Shown: in pieces, positions 37,254 to 46,738 of the stretch
How positions within the stretch are numbered: position 1 is the first letter of the stretch
How the letters are laid out: every line of letters starts with the position of its first letter
Source: a virus
Virus record (IMG/VR): IMGVR_UViG_3300034152_000419
Coordinates: 12,829-76,828 of that record
Length of the DNA: 64,000 nucleotides
Reading direction: 5' to 3' (one strand)
Position numbers and translations under genes: made by a program
The notes under the pieces: model-generated
Told to the model about the DNA's origin: nothing
What the model saw: only the letters and a program-made list of their open reading frames with translations
Databases searched by the model: none

Positions 37254-38675
37254 TTACGGTCTCCACGCAATTTCGACCAGTGCGACGGGGGATCTAACAT
37301 TTGCGACATTGTCAATGTAACACTGCAAAAAGTCTCCCGCAGAGAGATCAACATTCGCCGCCGCATTTTGAGCACCGACGACCGCAGAGAGTGACAATGT
37401 CAGGATGTCCGTTGCGACGTCGTTTTTTCGGACGTTGAAATCGACTGTCCCGGACGCATTGAGTTGACCGGAGATCCCGACAATCGTCGCATCACGGAGC
37501 ATCCGCAGACCGGAGAGATTCGACTGAATGTCCCCTCCGTAGTGATTGAGATATTGATCTTTTGACCTGCCTTTTTTCCCGAACGCGACCATGACCCTTT
37601 GAACCGAGAGCCATTTTGCACGAGTCGCATCGTAAATGCAGAGAATCCCGGACTTGACCGCGAGTTGTCCGTCCGCGAGTCCTGTCGAGGGGAGAGATGC
37701 TTTCGGGACGATCTCAAAGGGAGCATTTGTCGCCGATCCCGTGTCAATTTTAACCGATCCGGCATCTGCATTGATGACCCGTCCGTTTCCCGCGCCTCCC
37801 TCGTCATAAGCCTCATCGAGAGTGTTTCCAGATATCGCGGAGATTGCCGAATATAGATTTCCGATCTCCGTGTCAATCTCACTGATCACCGACTCAAGGT
37901 CAGTCGTGCTCAAATAGGTATATGTCCCCTCGACATCAATCTCAGAGGCGTCATGTTTGCTCGCCCCTCCGTCAAGGTGTCCGCCGAAATCGACGTCGCC
38001 GATTTTTTTCCACGAGGCGGAGGTCGTGTCATAGATATATTGAGCCTGTTTGCCGTCCCCATCGTCGTTGACGACGACTGCATCATTGTCAGAGTTGACC
38101 CCCTCCGCCGACCACGTTGAGCCGCCGAAAGTGTAAATCTCCTCATTTGCGTTCGCGAGGTTGATGACACGATCACCCGTTGACGCCGCTCCGAGATCAT
38201 CCCATGAAACACCATTATATTTATAATAGTGATTGTCATCGGTGTCCACGTAAACATCCCCGGTTTGTGCTCCTCCCGGAGGTGACGCCGAAATATCGAG
38301 GACACGATATTGAACCGGATCAAGCCACGTCGGGGACCCGAACGATGGAGCATTTTGAATATTGTCCCAGTCAACGGACGCCTGACCGGATGTTTGCAGT
38401 TGTGTCTTTGTGTAAAATGTCGCGAGCGTGTTTTGTTTCTGATCCAGTGTGAGGAAATTCACACCGTCCGCCGCAGAAAGATCCGAGGACCCGTCATTGA
38501 CGACCAGATCCCCTGACTGAACCAGAGCACGGAGATCGTCGGATTCTGCGATTTCGGGAAAAGTGAATGAATCTGAAAATGTGATCTGTGTTGCATCGAG
38601 GACTGTGATTCCGAGATCCTCAATCGCCTGATCACTTCCTGAACTGTTTTTGATTATCACTGTCCACATCGCCAT
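37254..38675 (-). CDS. Fibre-like virion protein
   Basis: Shared N-terminal domain; C-terminal KWLS...RDATI.G...EIAWR domain. Confidence 0.7.
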   Translation of the reverse strand: MAMWTVIIKNSSGSDQAIEDLGITVLDATQITFSDSFTFPEIAESDDLRALVQSGDLVVNDGSSDLSAADGVNFLTLDQKQNTLATFYTKTQLQTSGQASVDWDNIQNAPSFGSPTWLDPVQYRVLDISASPPGGAQTGDVYVDTDDNHYYKYNGVSWDDLGAASTGDRVINLANANEEIYTFGGSTWSAEGVNSDNDAVVVNDDGDGKQAQYIYDTTSASWKKIGDVDFGGHLDGGASKHDASEIDVEGTYTYLSTTDLESVISEIDTEIGNLYSAISAISGNTLDEAYDEGGAGNGRVINADAGSVKIDTGSATNAPFEIVPKASLPSTGLADGQLAVKSGILCIYDATRAKWLSVQRVMVAFGKKGRSKDQYLNHYGGDIQSNLSGLRMLRDATIVGISGQLNASGTVDFNVRKNDVATDILTLSLSAVVGAQNAAANVDLSAGDFLQCYIDNVANVRSPVALVEIAWRP

Positions 38676-38700
38676 TATTCAACCCTCCTCATATAATGTT

Positions 38701-39141
38701 TTAAATTCTCCACGCAATCTCCGCCGATATCACGGGATAATCGACCTCCCCCGATGTCATTTTCAACCGGAGCACGTCATCCTCGTTAATATCGACATCG
38801 GTGACAAAGACATCGCCACGTTCGCCGATCACCGAGAACTGATACACCATGACCTCGGACGGACTGCGAAACACGAGAATCTGAAATGTTCCACTTGCAG
38901 AGGACTTGAACTCGACTGTCACTCCTGTGATTGTGGCATCCCTTGGAATCCGATATCCGCAATTATTTGAAACAACACCCCCGTCGATTTTCAGATATCG
39001 CGGAGGTCTGATTTTCTTGTGGTTCGCACCGAACAGAAAAACTTTTGTGTCACTGAGCCATTTATCCCGAAAATCATCATAAAAATAAAGGACCCCGTCG
39101 TTTCCCTGCCTGAAATTTTGTGTGTGTAAGTCTCTGAGCAT
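38701..39141 (-). CDS. Stand-alone KWLS...AWR beta-sandwich protein
   Basis: Paralogous to the C-termini of the two downstream fibre genes. Confidence 0.7.
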   Translation of the reverse strand: MLRDLHTQNFRQGNDGVLYFYDDFRDKWLSDTKVFLFGANHKKIRPPRYLKIDGGVVSNNCGYRIPRDATITGVTVEFKSSASGTFQILVFRSPSEVMVYQFSVIGERGDVFVTDVDINEDDVLRLKMTSGEVDYPVISAEIAWRI

Positions 39142-39150
39142 CGTTCCCCC

Positions 39151-39166
39151 GTGAACACGTGTGCAC
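39151..39166. repeat. 16-bp palindrome, copy 7 (15/16)
   Basis: GTGAACACGTGTGCAC at a gene junction. Confidence 0.8.
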
Positions 39167-39546
39167 TATTTTTGACCCGGAGGTTCCGCATGTCTGACAT
39201 CGAGTCTTTCGATCTGCCTCTTGAGTTTTTCGTTCTCCTGTTTCAGTTCATCAATTCTCTTTTCTATCTTTAGATATTCAGACTCCGCGACTTTTCGGGA
39301 TTCCGACGGAGTCGTGATCGACCTCAGACTCCCACTGAGAAACATGATCAGGATCGTGACTGCAACCGGGATGAAACCCGCGACCAGACCCCACATTCCC
39401 GCCTTGACCTTGAGAATCGTCTGCTCGATCTCAAACTCCCGGAGTCTCGTACTGAGAGCCTCGATGCAACCGTTGAGTCTTTCAAGTTCAGACAGGACAT
39501 GACGTCCCCATTCTGTCCACCCGTTCGTTTCCGGCATCTCATTCAA
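39166..39546 (-). CDS. Membrane protein with coiled coils
   Basis: One central TM segment. Confidence 0.65.
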   Translation of the reverse strand: MNEMPETNGWTEWGRHVLSELERLNGCIEALSTRLREFEIEQTILKVKAGMWGLVAGFIPVAVTILIMFLSGSLRSITTPSESRKVAESEYLKIEKRIDELKQENEKLKRQIERLDVRHAEPPGQK

Positions 39547-40103
39547 TCCTCGTCCTCGAACCGTGCCTCGGTGACAATAGGTTTCGACCGGAGCAGTCCT
39601 CTCTCACTTTGCGGACAAGGCATATAAACACTTACGATATAACAGTCCTCGATAGCCTGAAAATTATGAGGTGTCTTTGACGGGACATAGATTGAACGAC
39701 CCTGAGCGACAGTGTAAATTTTCGCCTGACCCCCCGGAGGACACATCTTGATTGATGCACTGCCTCGAACGACGGAGATGTGTTGAATCTCTCCCTCATG
39801 GTAGTGAGTTTTGAGCCTGTGTCCCTTTGGAATCAATGACCTCTCGATTCTGAGAATCCCGTCAAAGTATAGAGGAAAAACCTGAATCTCGGACTGTTCT
39901 CCCCTGTCAGTCTGCATCGTATAGGATGACGGACCGATTGATGACCCCACAATCTCTGACGCCGGGACCCCCTTGAGTTGACTCGTCAACTCCCTGAGTT
40001 TTGTTAAATGCTCACTCGTCTGTCCCAGTTCACACGCGAGATCATCCGCCTTTTTTGACGGTTTCCTATGAACAAGCATCTGAATTATATTTGACATTTT
40101 CAC
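39543..40103 (-). CDS. Cupin domain protein
   Basis: HYH...V.RG...G.SIYVP...PH. Confidence 0.75.
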   Translation of the reverse strand: MKMSNIIQMLVHRKPSKKADDLACELGQTSEHLTKLRELTSQLKGVPASEIVGSSIGPSSYTMQTDRGEQSEIQVFPLYFDGILRIERSLIPKGHRLKTHYHEGEIQHISVVRGSASIKMCPPGGQAKIYTVAQGRSIYVPSKTPHNFQAIEDCYIVSVYMPCPQSERGLLRSKPIVTEARFEDED

Positions 40104-40117
40104 TCCTCTCCCTCCAT

Positions 40118-40771
40118 TTAATTTTTCACAAAAACAAGCATCGCGAAAGTATAATTCAGATCATTCACCCTGACAATGGGACGACCCACTCGCGGGATTT
40201 CCTTGTTCGACAAAAGTGTGAATCCACTTTGATTCGCAATCGTGACCATCTCTTTGAGTTCATTCCGGTCGAAAATAGTCCACGGGAGACCATTGAGTTC
40301 GGTTGTGTTTATCTTTTTTGACCAGTAATCAGTTGTAATAAAAAGCAGTCCCTCCCGTTTAATAAGTCTTTCGCAGATCTTGAAAAACTGATTGACAGCA
40401 ATTCCGTGTTCAATCACCGAGACGCATGTGACGAACCGAAACATCTTGTCGCGAAAAGAGTTGTCCTCGAACCTCCCCCTGAGAATCCGAGCGAAATTCT
40501 GTTTCTTGTCCTGCGTGAATTTCGAGACATCGTCATATCTATCAATCCCGAACATTCGTCGAAATCCCATCGCACGGAGCATCTTTAAAGTTGCGAGCAT
40601 CCAACAACCGACATCGAGGATCGGAGCGTTTCGATGTCTCCCCTCAAGGATCTGATATAATTTCGACAGATCCCAGTTTTTCAATCTGTCCCGGTGAACT
40701 GGCAAATTTTTTGATTTCAAAAATCTGACAGCATCGTCAATCTCTTTTTTTGATCTCAGAATTTCGATCAT
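40118..40771 (-). CDS. Class I SAM methyltransferase
   Basis: ILDVGC, GID, CVSVIEHG, GLLFITTD. Confidence 0.8.
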   Translation of the reverse strand: MIEILRSKKEIDDAVRFLKSKNLPVHRDRLKNWDLSKLYQILEGRHRNAPILDVGCWMLATLKMLRAMGFRRMFGIDRYDDVSKFTQDKKQNFARILRGRFEDNSFRDKMFRFVTCVSVIEHGIAVNQFFKICERLIKREGLLFITTDYWSKKINTTELNGLPWTIFDRNELKEMVTIANQSGFTLLSNKEIPRVGRPIVRVNDLNYTFAMLVFVKN

Positions 40772-41514
40772 CTCTCGAACCTCGATTTCAGTGGAAACAA
40801 CTCAGTGATAACTTGAATCAGATCATCGTTGAGACCTTTGTCGTTGTGATTCATGAATTGAACGTGAGGTGACAGTATTATCTCAAGGATCTCCCTCTGA
40901 GTCAATTTTTTACTGAAACCCGCGACCCATCCATCATGAATCTCCGCCTCCTGTCCGTCAAAAAAGTGATTGAAATATAACGTCTCCCAGTTGAAACCGT
41001 GTGACGTTCCATATCTCGTCACGATGTCAACATAAAAACTTTTGTGAACCAGTTTCGGGACGTGTGTTTCATAATTATATATCCGATCCGTCTTTCCCTT
41101 GAGAGCCTGAACAGTTCTCCAAAAAAACGAGGTCCATCCCTTTTTCAGTCTCGTCGGGATCTCCGAGTCTGTGAGATCTGCGAGAGCATAATTCCGCGAG
41201 ACCTCTTTGATCCCTGTCTTTTTCATGAGATAGAAATCATCGCACATATACAAAAACGGATCACTGACATCGTCCACAAAACACGCCTTGAGCAGTTTTT
41301 CCGAGATCAGACGGTTTCTTTGTTGTGCTCCCCCGACCCATCCTCTTTCAGGGATCAGATTCAGATCTCCCGACCACTCAGGACGCCTCTCTCCGATGAG
41401 ATAGACATTTCGCAGATCCTCAAAGTACTTGAACAGGGATCGGAGAGAATATTTCAACTCCTCCCCCCAGTATGAGGTTGACCGACAATATGGATAAACT
41501 GCATCAATTTGCAT
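40768..41514 (-). CDS. Stealth-like sugar-phosphotransferase
   Basis: IDAVY, ELKYSLRS...P.W, FLYMCDDF, H.P. Confidence 0.7.
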   Translation of the reverse strand: MQIDAVYPYCRSTSYWGEELKYSLRSLFKYFEDLRNVYLIGERRPEWSGDLNLIPERGWVGGAQQRNRLISEKLLKACFVDDVSDPFLYMCDDFYLMKKTGIKEVSRNYALADLTDSEIPTRLKKGWTSFFWRTVQALKGKTDRIYNYETHVPKLVHKSFYVDIVTRYGTSHGFNWETLYFNHFFDGQEAEIHDGWVAGFSKKLTQREILEIILSPHVQFMNHNDKGLNDDLIQVITELFPLKSRFER

Positions 41515-42436
41515 CGATGAAAACCATCTCCTCGACCGTCGGTGACATCGAGTCGAGGACATCTTTGAATTTTCTCCTCTGAAACATAATCTCGGCATCG
41601 TTCATGCCGTAAGTGATCAGGAGGTCCTCTCCGTCTCTGACCAGACCACAAGGGAAAATATGCCATTTGCCGAACTCAATCGGAGTCTTTGAGTATTTCA
41701 AGATCTGAAACGGAGGTTCCGCAGAGAATAGCATCGCACCGACGAAATAAACCCGATTGATCGCCCGGAGAAAATGAGGTGTCGCTCTGTGTTTCGGCAT
41801 CCATAAATGACTCTGAAATAAGCACAGATATCCCTCGTCAATTCTGATCGGAGATGTCCCCCCGTGCGCCCATCCCCACACCCATTCGTTCATCCCCGGA
41901 GATCTCCACTGTTCACGAGTCTCCACATCAAAGACGATCTGAGGTGTGACCATGTAATGAGCCATTAAACGTCCGTTATATTCAAAAAATGTCCAGTTTT
42001 TCTCTGTGCGTTTGCCAGTCTTGACAATCTGTTTCCCGGAGACTTTCCTGACTGCGTTGACCTTGCAATATCCCATCTGAGCAAAAACAAAAGAGTTTCG
42101 TCCGGGAGGGGAGTCAACATAGGCGAGATATAACTGACCATTGAACCAAAAAAACCGAGGGTCCTCCGCCCCTTTGATCACCCTGAACTCTCTCCGAACT
42201 CTCAGAGTCCGCATATCGAGGGGTCCCATATAAATTGAACCACAGAGTCCCCAGTCGTCCTCGTCTTTGCGATAGGCAATCCACATCCGATCTCCGACCT
42301 TTGCGAGTGTCGCATTGTAAGCACCTTTTGACAGACCGGGAGTGATGACTTTGTGCAATATCACCCGGACACCTCCGCCGCTTGAATCTTTTGATTGAAT
42401 CTCGCGTTCGTTTCCTTGTTGAAAATCCGGGACCAT
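41504..42436 (-). CDS. Beta-propeller glycosidase/phosphorylase-like protein (GH130/GH43-like)
   Basis: YN, AYR, EDPR, EKNW, FPCGL, YGMND; true start probably near 42365. Confidence 0.7.
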   Translation of the reverse strand: MVPDFQQGNEREIQSKDSSGGGVRVILHKVITPGLSKGAYNATLAKVGDRMWIAYRKDEDDWGLCGSIYMGPLDMRTLRVRREFRVIKGAEDPRFFWFNGQLYLAYVDSPPGRNSFVFAQMGYCKVNAVRKVSGKQIVKTGKRTEKNWTFFEYNGRLMAHYMVTPQIVFDVETREQWRSPGMNEWVWGWAHGGTSPIRIDEGYLCLFQSHLWMPKHRATPHFLRAINRVYFVGAMLFSAEPPFQILKYSKTPIEFGKWHIFPCGLVRDGEDLLITYGMNDAEIMFQRRKFKDVLDSMSPTVEEMVFIDAN

Positions 42437-42990
42437 TTTTTCGGTTCATTCTGTGCTCGTTTCCTGAACCACTCATCCGCAGAGCACCGAGTCCCGTGTT
42501 TCTTGAGAATGAACCTCGGAATATATGCAAGTCGTCCCCGTTCAAGTGCTTTCCACATCATGAACAGATCCTCCCGGACAAGGGGAGTTTCCACGAACTC
42601 CTCAAGGATCGAGATCAGAAAATCAGTCTTGAAAAGCACACGAGCCGTCGCCGACTGCGTCCATCCCCGACCTTTGATGAGTTTCTTTTGTTCTCCATCA
42701 TGACGGATCGACCAGAATAAAAGAAAATCGAGATCCTCGAATCCGCTCATGTCATCGGGAAAATGTCCGATCAGTTCGTCATCACTGTCCAGACAAAAAA
42801 CCCATTTCGTCCCGATCTTGTAAAGTTCATTGAGTCTTTTGTGTCCGATAGTTTCCACTTGCCAGTTGACAGGATCAGAGATCCCCACCATCCACGGGAG
42901 ATCCGCCGCATATTTCAGGACCCCCTTTCGCGTTGCCGGAGAGAGCAGATGATCAGGAGCAATTACTGTCGAAAGAGTGGTGTCTCTCAT
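42361..42990 (-). CDS. GT-A glycosyltransferase-like protein
   Basis: WVFCLDSDD (DxD) and ED motifs. Confidence 0.6.
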   Translation of the reverse strand: MRDTTLSTVIAPDHLLSPATRKGVLKYAADLPWMVGISDPVNWQVETIGHKRLNELYKIGTKWVFCLDSDDELIGHFPDDMSGFEDLDFLLFWSIRHDGEQKKLIKGRGWTQSATARVLFKTDFLISILEEFVETPLVREDLFMMWKALERGRLAYIPRFILKKHGTRCSADEWFRKRAQNEPKKWSRIFNKETNARFNQKIQAAEVSG

Positions 42991-43544
42991 TTTGAATACA
43001 TTTTCCGAACTTGTTGAATTTTCCAGACATGAGGAAAAGCGACCCCCGGAGGATCGACCCCGATGAATGGACAAAGTTTTTCCCATCCATCCCCCGCACA
43101 AATGTTCATGATCAGGAGATCTCCGGGACGGTCTCTGAAATATGATCGAACATAAGCCTCATGACGATCCCACGCATCAAAAAACACCTCCTCATCGAAC
43201 CATCGACAGCCATAAACTCGATTGTGAACATAGATCGTCCATCTCCGGGTTTTCGGTCCCTTTGGAAAAGGTTTCGTCGAAAAGAACTCCCGACAGTTTT
43301 TCAACCATTCCGATTTTTCCCTCGTCGTCAGGATAAATTTCGATCCCGGATATTTTTGATCAAGCCACCGAAACCGCATCGTCACGGACAGATCATCTGA
43401 AAAGTCCGCCTCATCGATTGCCTTGACATTGACCGGGAGATGAACAGCACTGAATCCCAAAATCCGAAAAGCATGAGACAAAGACGTCGTCCCAGTTCTT
43501 GAAAGTCCGATTCCGAAAACCTTTGTCCATCCACGATCAACCAT
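42987..43544 (-). CDS. Sulfotransferase family protein
   Basis: GIGLSRTGTTSL, YPGSKFILTTR, DGWEKLC.F.G...FPH. Confidence 0.85.
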   Translation of the reverse strand: MVDRGWTKVFGIGLSRTGTTSLSHAFRILGFSAVHLPVNVKAIDEADFSDDLSVTMRFRWLDQKYPGSKFILTTREKSEWLKNCREFFSTKPFPKGPKTRRWTIYVHNRVYGCRWFDEEVFFDAWDRHEAYVRSYFRDRPGDLLIMNICAGDGWEKLCPFIGVDPPGVAFPHVWKIQQVRKMYSK

Positions 43545-43556
43545 CGATCCCCCCTA

Positions 43557-44006
43557 TCAACTCGGACTCGGTGACGGCGACGGACTCGGTGACGGCGACG
43601 GACTCGGACTCGGACTCGGTGACGGACTCGGAGACGGTGACGGCGACGGACTCGGACTCGGACTCGGTGACGGACTCGGTGACGGTGAGGGGGATGTCTC
43701 ACCGAGCAGTTCGTCGAGTTTTGCCTCGATCTCATTGAGTTGTGCCTGAATCGCGTCAATGTCAGTTTGCAGATCCGCGACGTCGGATTCGATGGAATCG
43801 ACTGTCGATTGCAAGTTTGAAACCGCCGTCTGTAAAGCATCGACGTCGGACTGTAAACTCGCGAGATTCGTCGTCAGTGTGTCAACATTCGCATCGATTG
43901 TGTCGATTTTTGACTCAAGAGTCGTGATCGTGTCGAGGATCTCCGCGACTGTCGGATCGACATAAACCTCGCCGGATCTGACACTATTGTTTCCAGTGTC
44001 GAGCAT
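43557..44006 (-). CDS. Coiled-coil protein with (Ser-Pro)22 tail
   Basis: Long heptad repeat followed by a 45-aa SP repeat (43560-43694). Confidence 0.8.
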   Translation of the reverse strand: MLDTGNNSVRSGEVYVDPTVAEILDTITTLESKIDTIDANVDTLTTNLASLQSDVDALQTAVSNLQSTVDSIESDVADLQTDIDAIQAQLNEIEAKLDELLGETSPSPSPSPSPSPSPSPSPSPSPSPSPSPSPSPSPSPSPSPSPSPS

Positions 44007-44019
44007 TTTCGACCTCCTC

Positions 44020-45129
44020 TTAAATGACCCCCGCTCTCAGTTGAACTTTGTTGCTCGTTCCGTTGATCTCCGTGACATGCAGACCGACCTTTTTTGCACC
44101 GTAAACATCCCACGCGAGCAGAGGTGAGACATATTTCCCGTTTGAATCGACGAATTTCGCAGTCCCCATCGCAGTTGATTTCGTCGGGAGGATTGAATAA
44201 TTGTTTTGATCGAGAGAGGTATATTCCATCACGATCAGAGCATTTGAGAGACCTCCCGGTTTTGCATAAGGTTGAACGTCTTTCGCAGATCCCTCCCATG
44301 CCGCCGAATAAAACAAAATCCCGACATTGTTTCCGTTCGCGAATCCCGCACGACTGACGACCTCTTTGAACGGAGTCGTGATATCTGCGACCTCGTCCCG
44401 ACCGTTTGAATTAATAAAGGACGTCACCCCGTCCAGATAATATCGAGAATCCCAGTTGACCGGAGTCTTGAGCGACAGTCCCGAAAACAGATCATCCGGG
44501 TCCGCCGGGAGTGAGGCATCGTCCACATCGAGCAGAGCAATTCTCATATTTGTCGGATTGTCTGCCGCATCGTCAATCGCGTCAACGAGTTTGAGAACGA
44601 CCCGTGTGATATCATCGACCGGGACCGGGAGTGTGATCTCCCACAGACCTATTGATCGATACTCATAATTGCTCGCGAAAAAACCCGTGAAAAATGTATT
44701 GATCGAACTCCCCCAGTTATAGGTTGACCCGCCGTCGTCCGTGTATGCCGATTTATGTCCCGTGTTATATGTGCCGATCAACTCGACATTTGTCTCTGAC
44801 GCCTCATTTGACTCATTGACAGCGACAGGAGTGATCAGGACCTCCCCGTCGTTTGCGTCATGCAGTGCCTCGACAATTAGGACCCGCTTGTCTCCCATCT
44901 CAACGAGATTGTCGGTGAGTTCGGACGGGAGACTCGACAGATCGACACCGTCCGCCGCATCAATGGGAGTTCCGATCCCCCGGATCTCGTTGAGTGTGAC
45001 CTGACGATATGCGAGATCGACAAGTTGAATCACCCTGTCGAGGGATTCTGCGTCCTGCTCATAGGCATCACGTGTCGCGACATAGTCGCCCGTCCTGTCA
45101 TCACTGACTCTGATTGCTTGTTCAGCCAT
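44020..45129 (-). CDS. Putative virion protein
   Basis: Acidic, beta-rich, end of the tail module. Confidence 0.6.
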   Translation of the reverse strand: MAEQAIRVSDDRTGDYVATRDAYEQDAESLDRVIQLVDLAYRQVTLNEIRGIGTPIDAADGVDLSSLPSELTDNLVEMGDKRVLIVEALHDANDGEVLITPVAVNESNEASETNVELIGTYNTGHKSAYTDDGGSTYNWGSSINTFFTGFFASNYEYRSIGLWEITLPVPVDDITRVVLKLVDAIDDAADNPTNMRIALLDVDDASLPADPDDLFSGLSLKTPVNWDSRYYLDGVTSFINSNGRDEVADITTPFKEVVSRAGFANGNNVGILFYSAAWEGSAKDVQPYAKPGGLSNALIVMEYTSLDQNNYSILPTKSTAMGTAKFVDSNGKYVSPLLAWDVYGAKKVGLHVTEINGTSNKVQLRAGVI

Positions 45130-45145
45130 TTTTCATCTCCCTTGT

Positions 45146-46738
45146 TTAAAACCAATATGTCGGAGTGTCCACCATTCTGACTCGTCCATTCCTGATCCTC
45201 TTTGCTTCAATTCCGGTGATCGTAGGACTCCCCGGTATTACATGAGCCGTGTAAGACACACCCTCATTCGGACCCATGATCCACTCTCCGAAATCAATCG
45301 GAGGACTTTCGTTGTCATTTACAATAATATACCATTTACCGGAATCCGGGGGGTCCCACACAAGAGATCCCGTTTCCAGAGGGGGTGCACAAGTCCACGA
45401 CCCATCGGGCCAAAAATAGTTGTCGGCAGCAATATTTGAGCACCCGTTGACCGACTGGACAGAGGTTTTCCAGAATTGAGTTAATCTGAGATTATTTCCA
45501 TAATTATAAGCCTCATTTGATCCGTCCCATATCGTGTCGGGGAAAAAAGCGTTCCCGTAGAAATAACCTCTTTCCTCTCCCTCAAGTGTACCATAAGGAT
45601 CGTAAATCGCGGACCACTCAGACGTATAATGCTCTTTCACTTTGAGTCCGAGATTCCAGTTATAAGTGACGACCGGGATCGACCTCGTCTCCCCCTCGTC
45701 AGGATGTCCGGGAGGGATCACGAGTGTGCGATATGACAGACCATCGATAAAACTTGACCATGAGATCTCATCCCATATAATATCAATGAGAGAAAGAGCA
45801 GAATCGACGTTCCGAGTACAGACCCCATTTCCAGAGGGGAGTGACGAGGTTGTAAATTCACCACACTGACATCCCGGTTGCAACCATTCTTGATTCATGC
45901 CGTAATAATAGCCGACAGTCCTCGTGCCGCCGCTTGTAGCATCGTAAGTGACAGTAAATGGGATGATATCATCGTCTCCCCCATATTCAAAATAACAGAA
46001 CATAAACTCAAGTCCTGCGTATCTATAATTTGTCCGAACCGTGCCGGAAATTTCACCCCTGTCTCCCTCATATCTATTGACGGTCTCGTTGCAGTTGTCA
46101 TCGAGGTCCTTGTCGCTAAAATTAGAAAAGGGAAAATCAGGATGACTCTCATCGAGCAGTTTTGAATTTCCCGGAGAGATCGCACGGACTCTGCCGAGAC
46201 CGAGAAACACAGGTTCGTCATAGTCAATCGCCTGTAAAAAGAAATTTCCGACGACTCCCTCCGTATATCCCTCGGAGACCCGATCCTTGTCACAGGGAAC
46301 ATATTGAGGACCGACGACTCTTTCGACTCCCTCGGTGTCCGTGTATTTCATATAAATCGCCTGTCCCCCATAAACTAAGGGATTCCCGTCAATGGACAGA
46401 TCAATCCAAAAATTCGCGCCACATCGACGAGGTTTTCCGTCTTGATGTCCGATGATCCATCTCTCAGGAGTCTCGTCCACGATTGCATTTTTGCTCAACA
46501 CAAGCACGTTGTCCCCGATTTCAAATGCCGAGTGACCATAGGGGGACGGAGTTGTTTCTCCCTCGCAGTGATAATGAAACTCAACTCCGGTGAGTGTCCC
46601 ATATTCCGCAGTCTCAACCGTCGCGTCATTGTTCACCGTGTCGATTGCCGTGATCGTTCCCACGACGACAGTCGTCCTGTGAACCTCGTTCACCTCGTCG
46701 AGCAGAAATTTTATATTTTGATGAGGTCTGTCAACCAT
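45146..46738 (-). CDS. Tail tip/spike-like protein
   Basis: OB-fold-like N-terminus (G.I.AID...F.IGD.VLV); tail context. Confidence 0.55.
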   Translation of the reverse strand: MVDRPHQNIKFLLDEVNEVHRTTVVVGTITAIDTVNNDATVETAEYGTLTGVEFHYHCEGETTPSPYGHSAFEIGDNVLVLSKNAIVDETPERWIIGHQDGKPRRCGANFWIDLSIDGNPLVYGGQAIYMKYTDTEGVERVVGPQYVPCDKDRVSEGYTEGVVGNFFLQAIDYDEPVFLGLGRVRAISPGNSKLLDESHPDFPFSNFSDKDLDDNCNETVNRYEGDRGEISGTVRTNYRYAGLEFMFCYFEYGGDDDIIPFTVTYDATSGGTRTVGYYYGMNQEWLQPGCQCGEFTTSSLPSGNGVCTRNVDSALSLIDIIWDEISWSSFIDGLSYRTLVIPPGHPDEGETRSIPVVTYNWNLGLKVKEHYTSEWSAIYDPYGTLEGEERGYFYGNAFFPDTIWDGSNEAYNYGNNLRLTQFWKTSVQSVNGCSNIAADNYFWPDGSWTCAPPLETGSLVWDPPDSGKWYIIVNDNESPPIDFGEWIMGPNEGVSYTAHVIPGSPTITGIEAKRIRNGRVRMVDTPTYWF

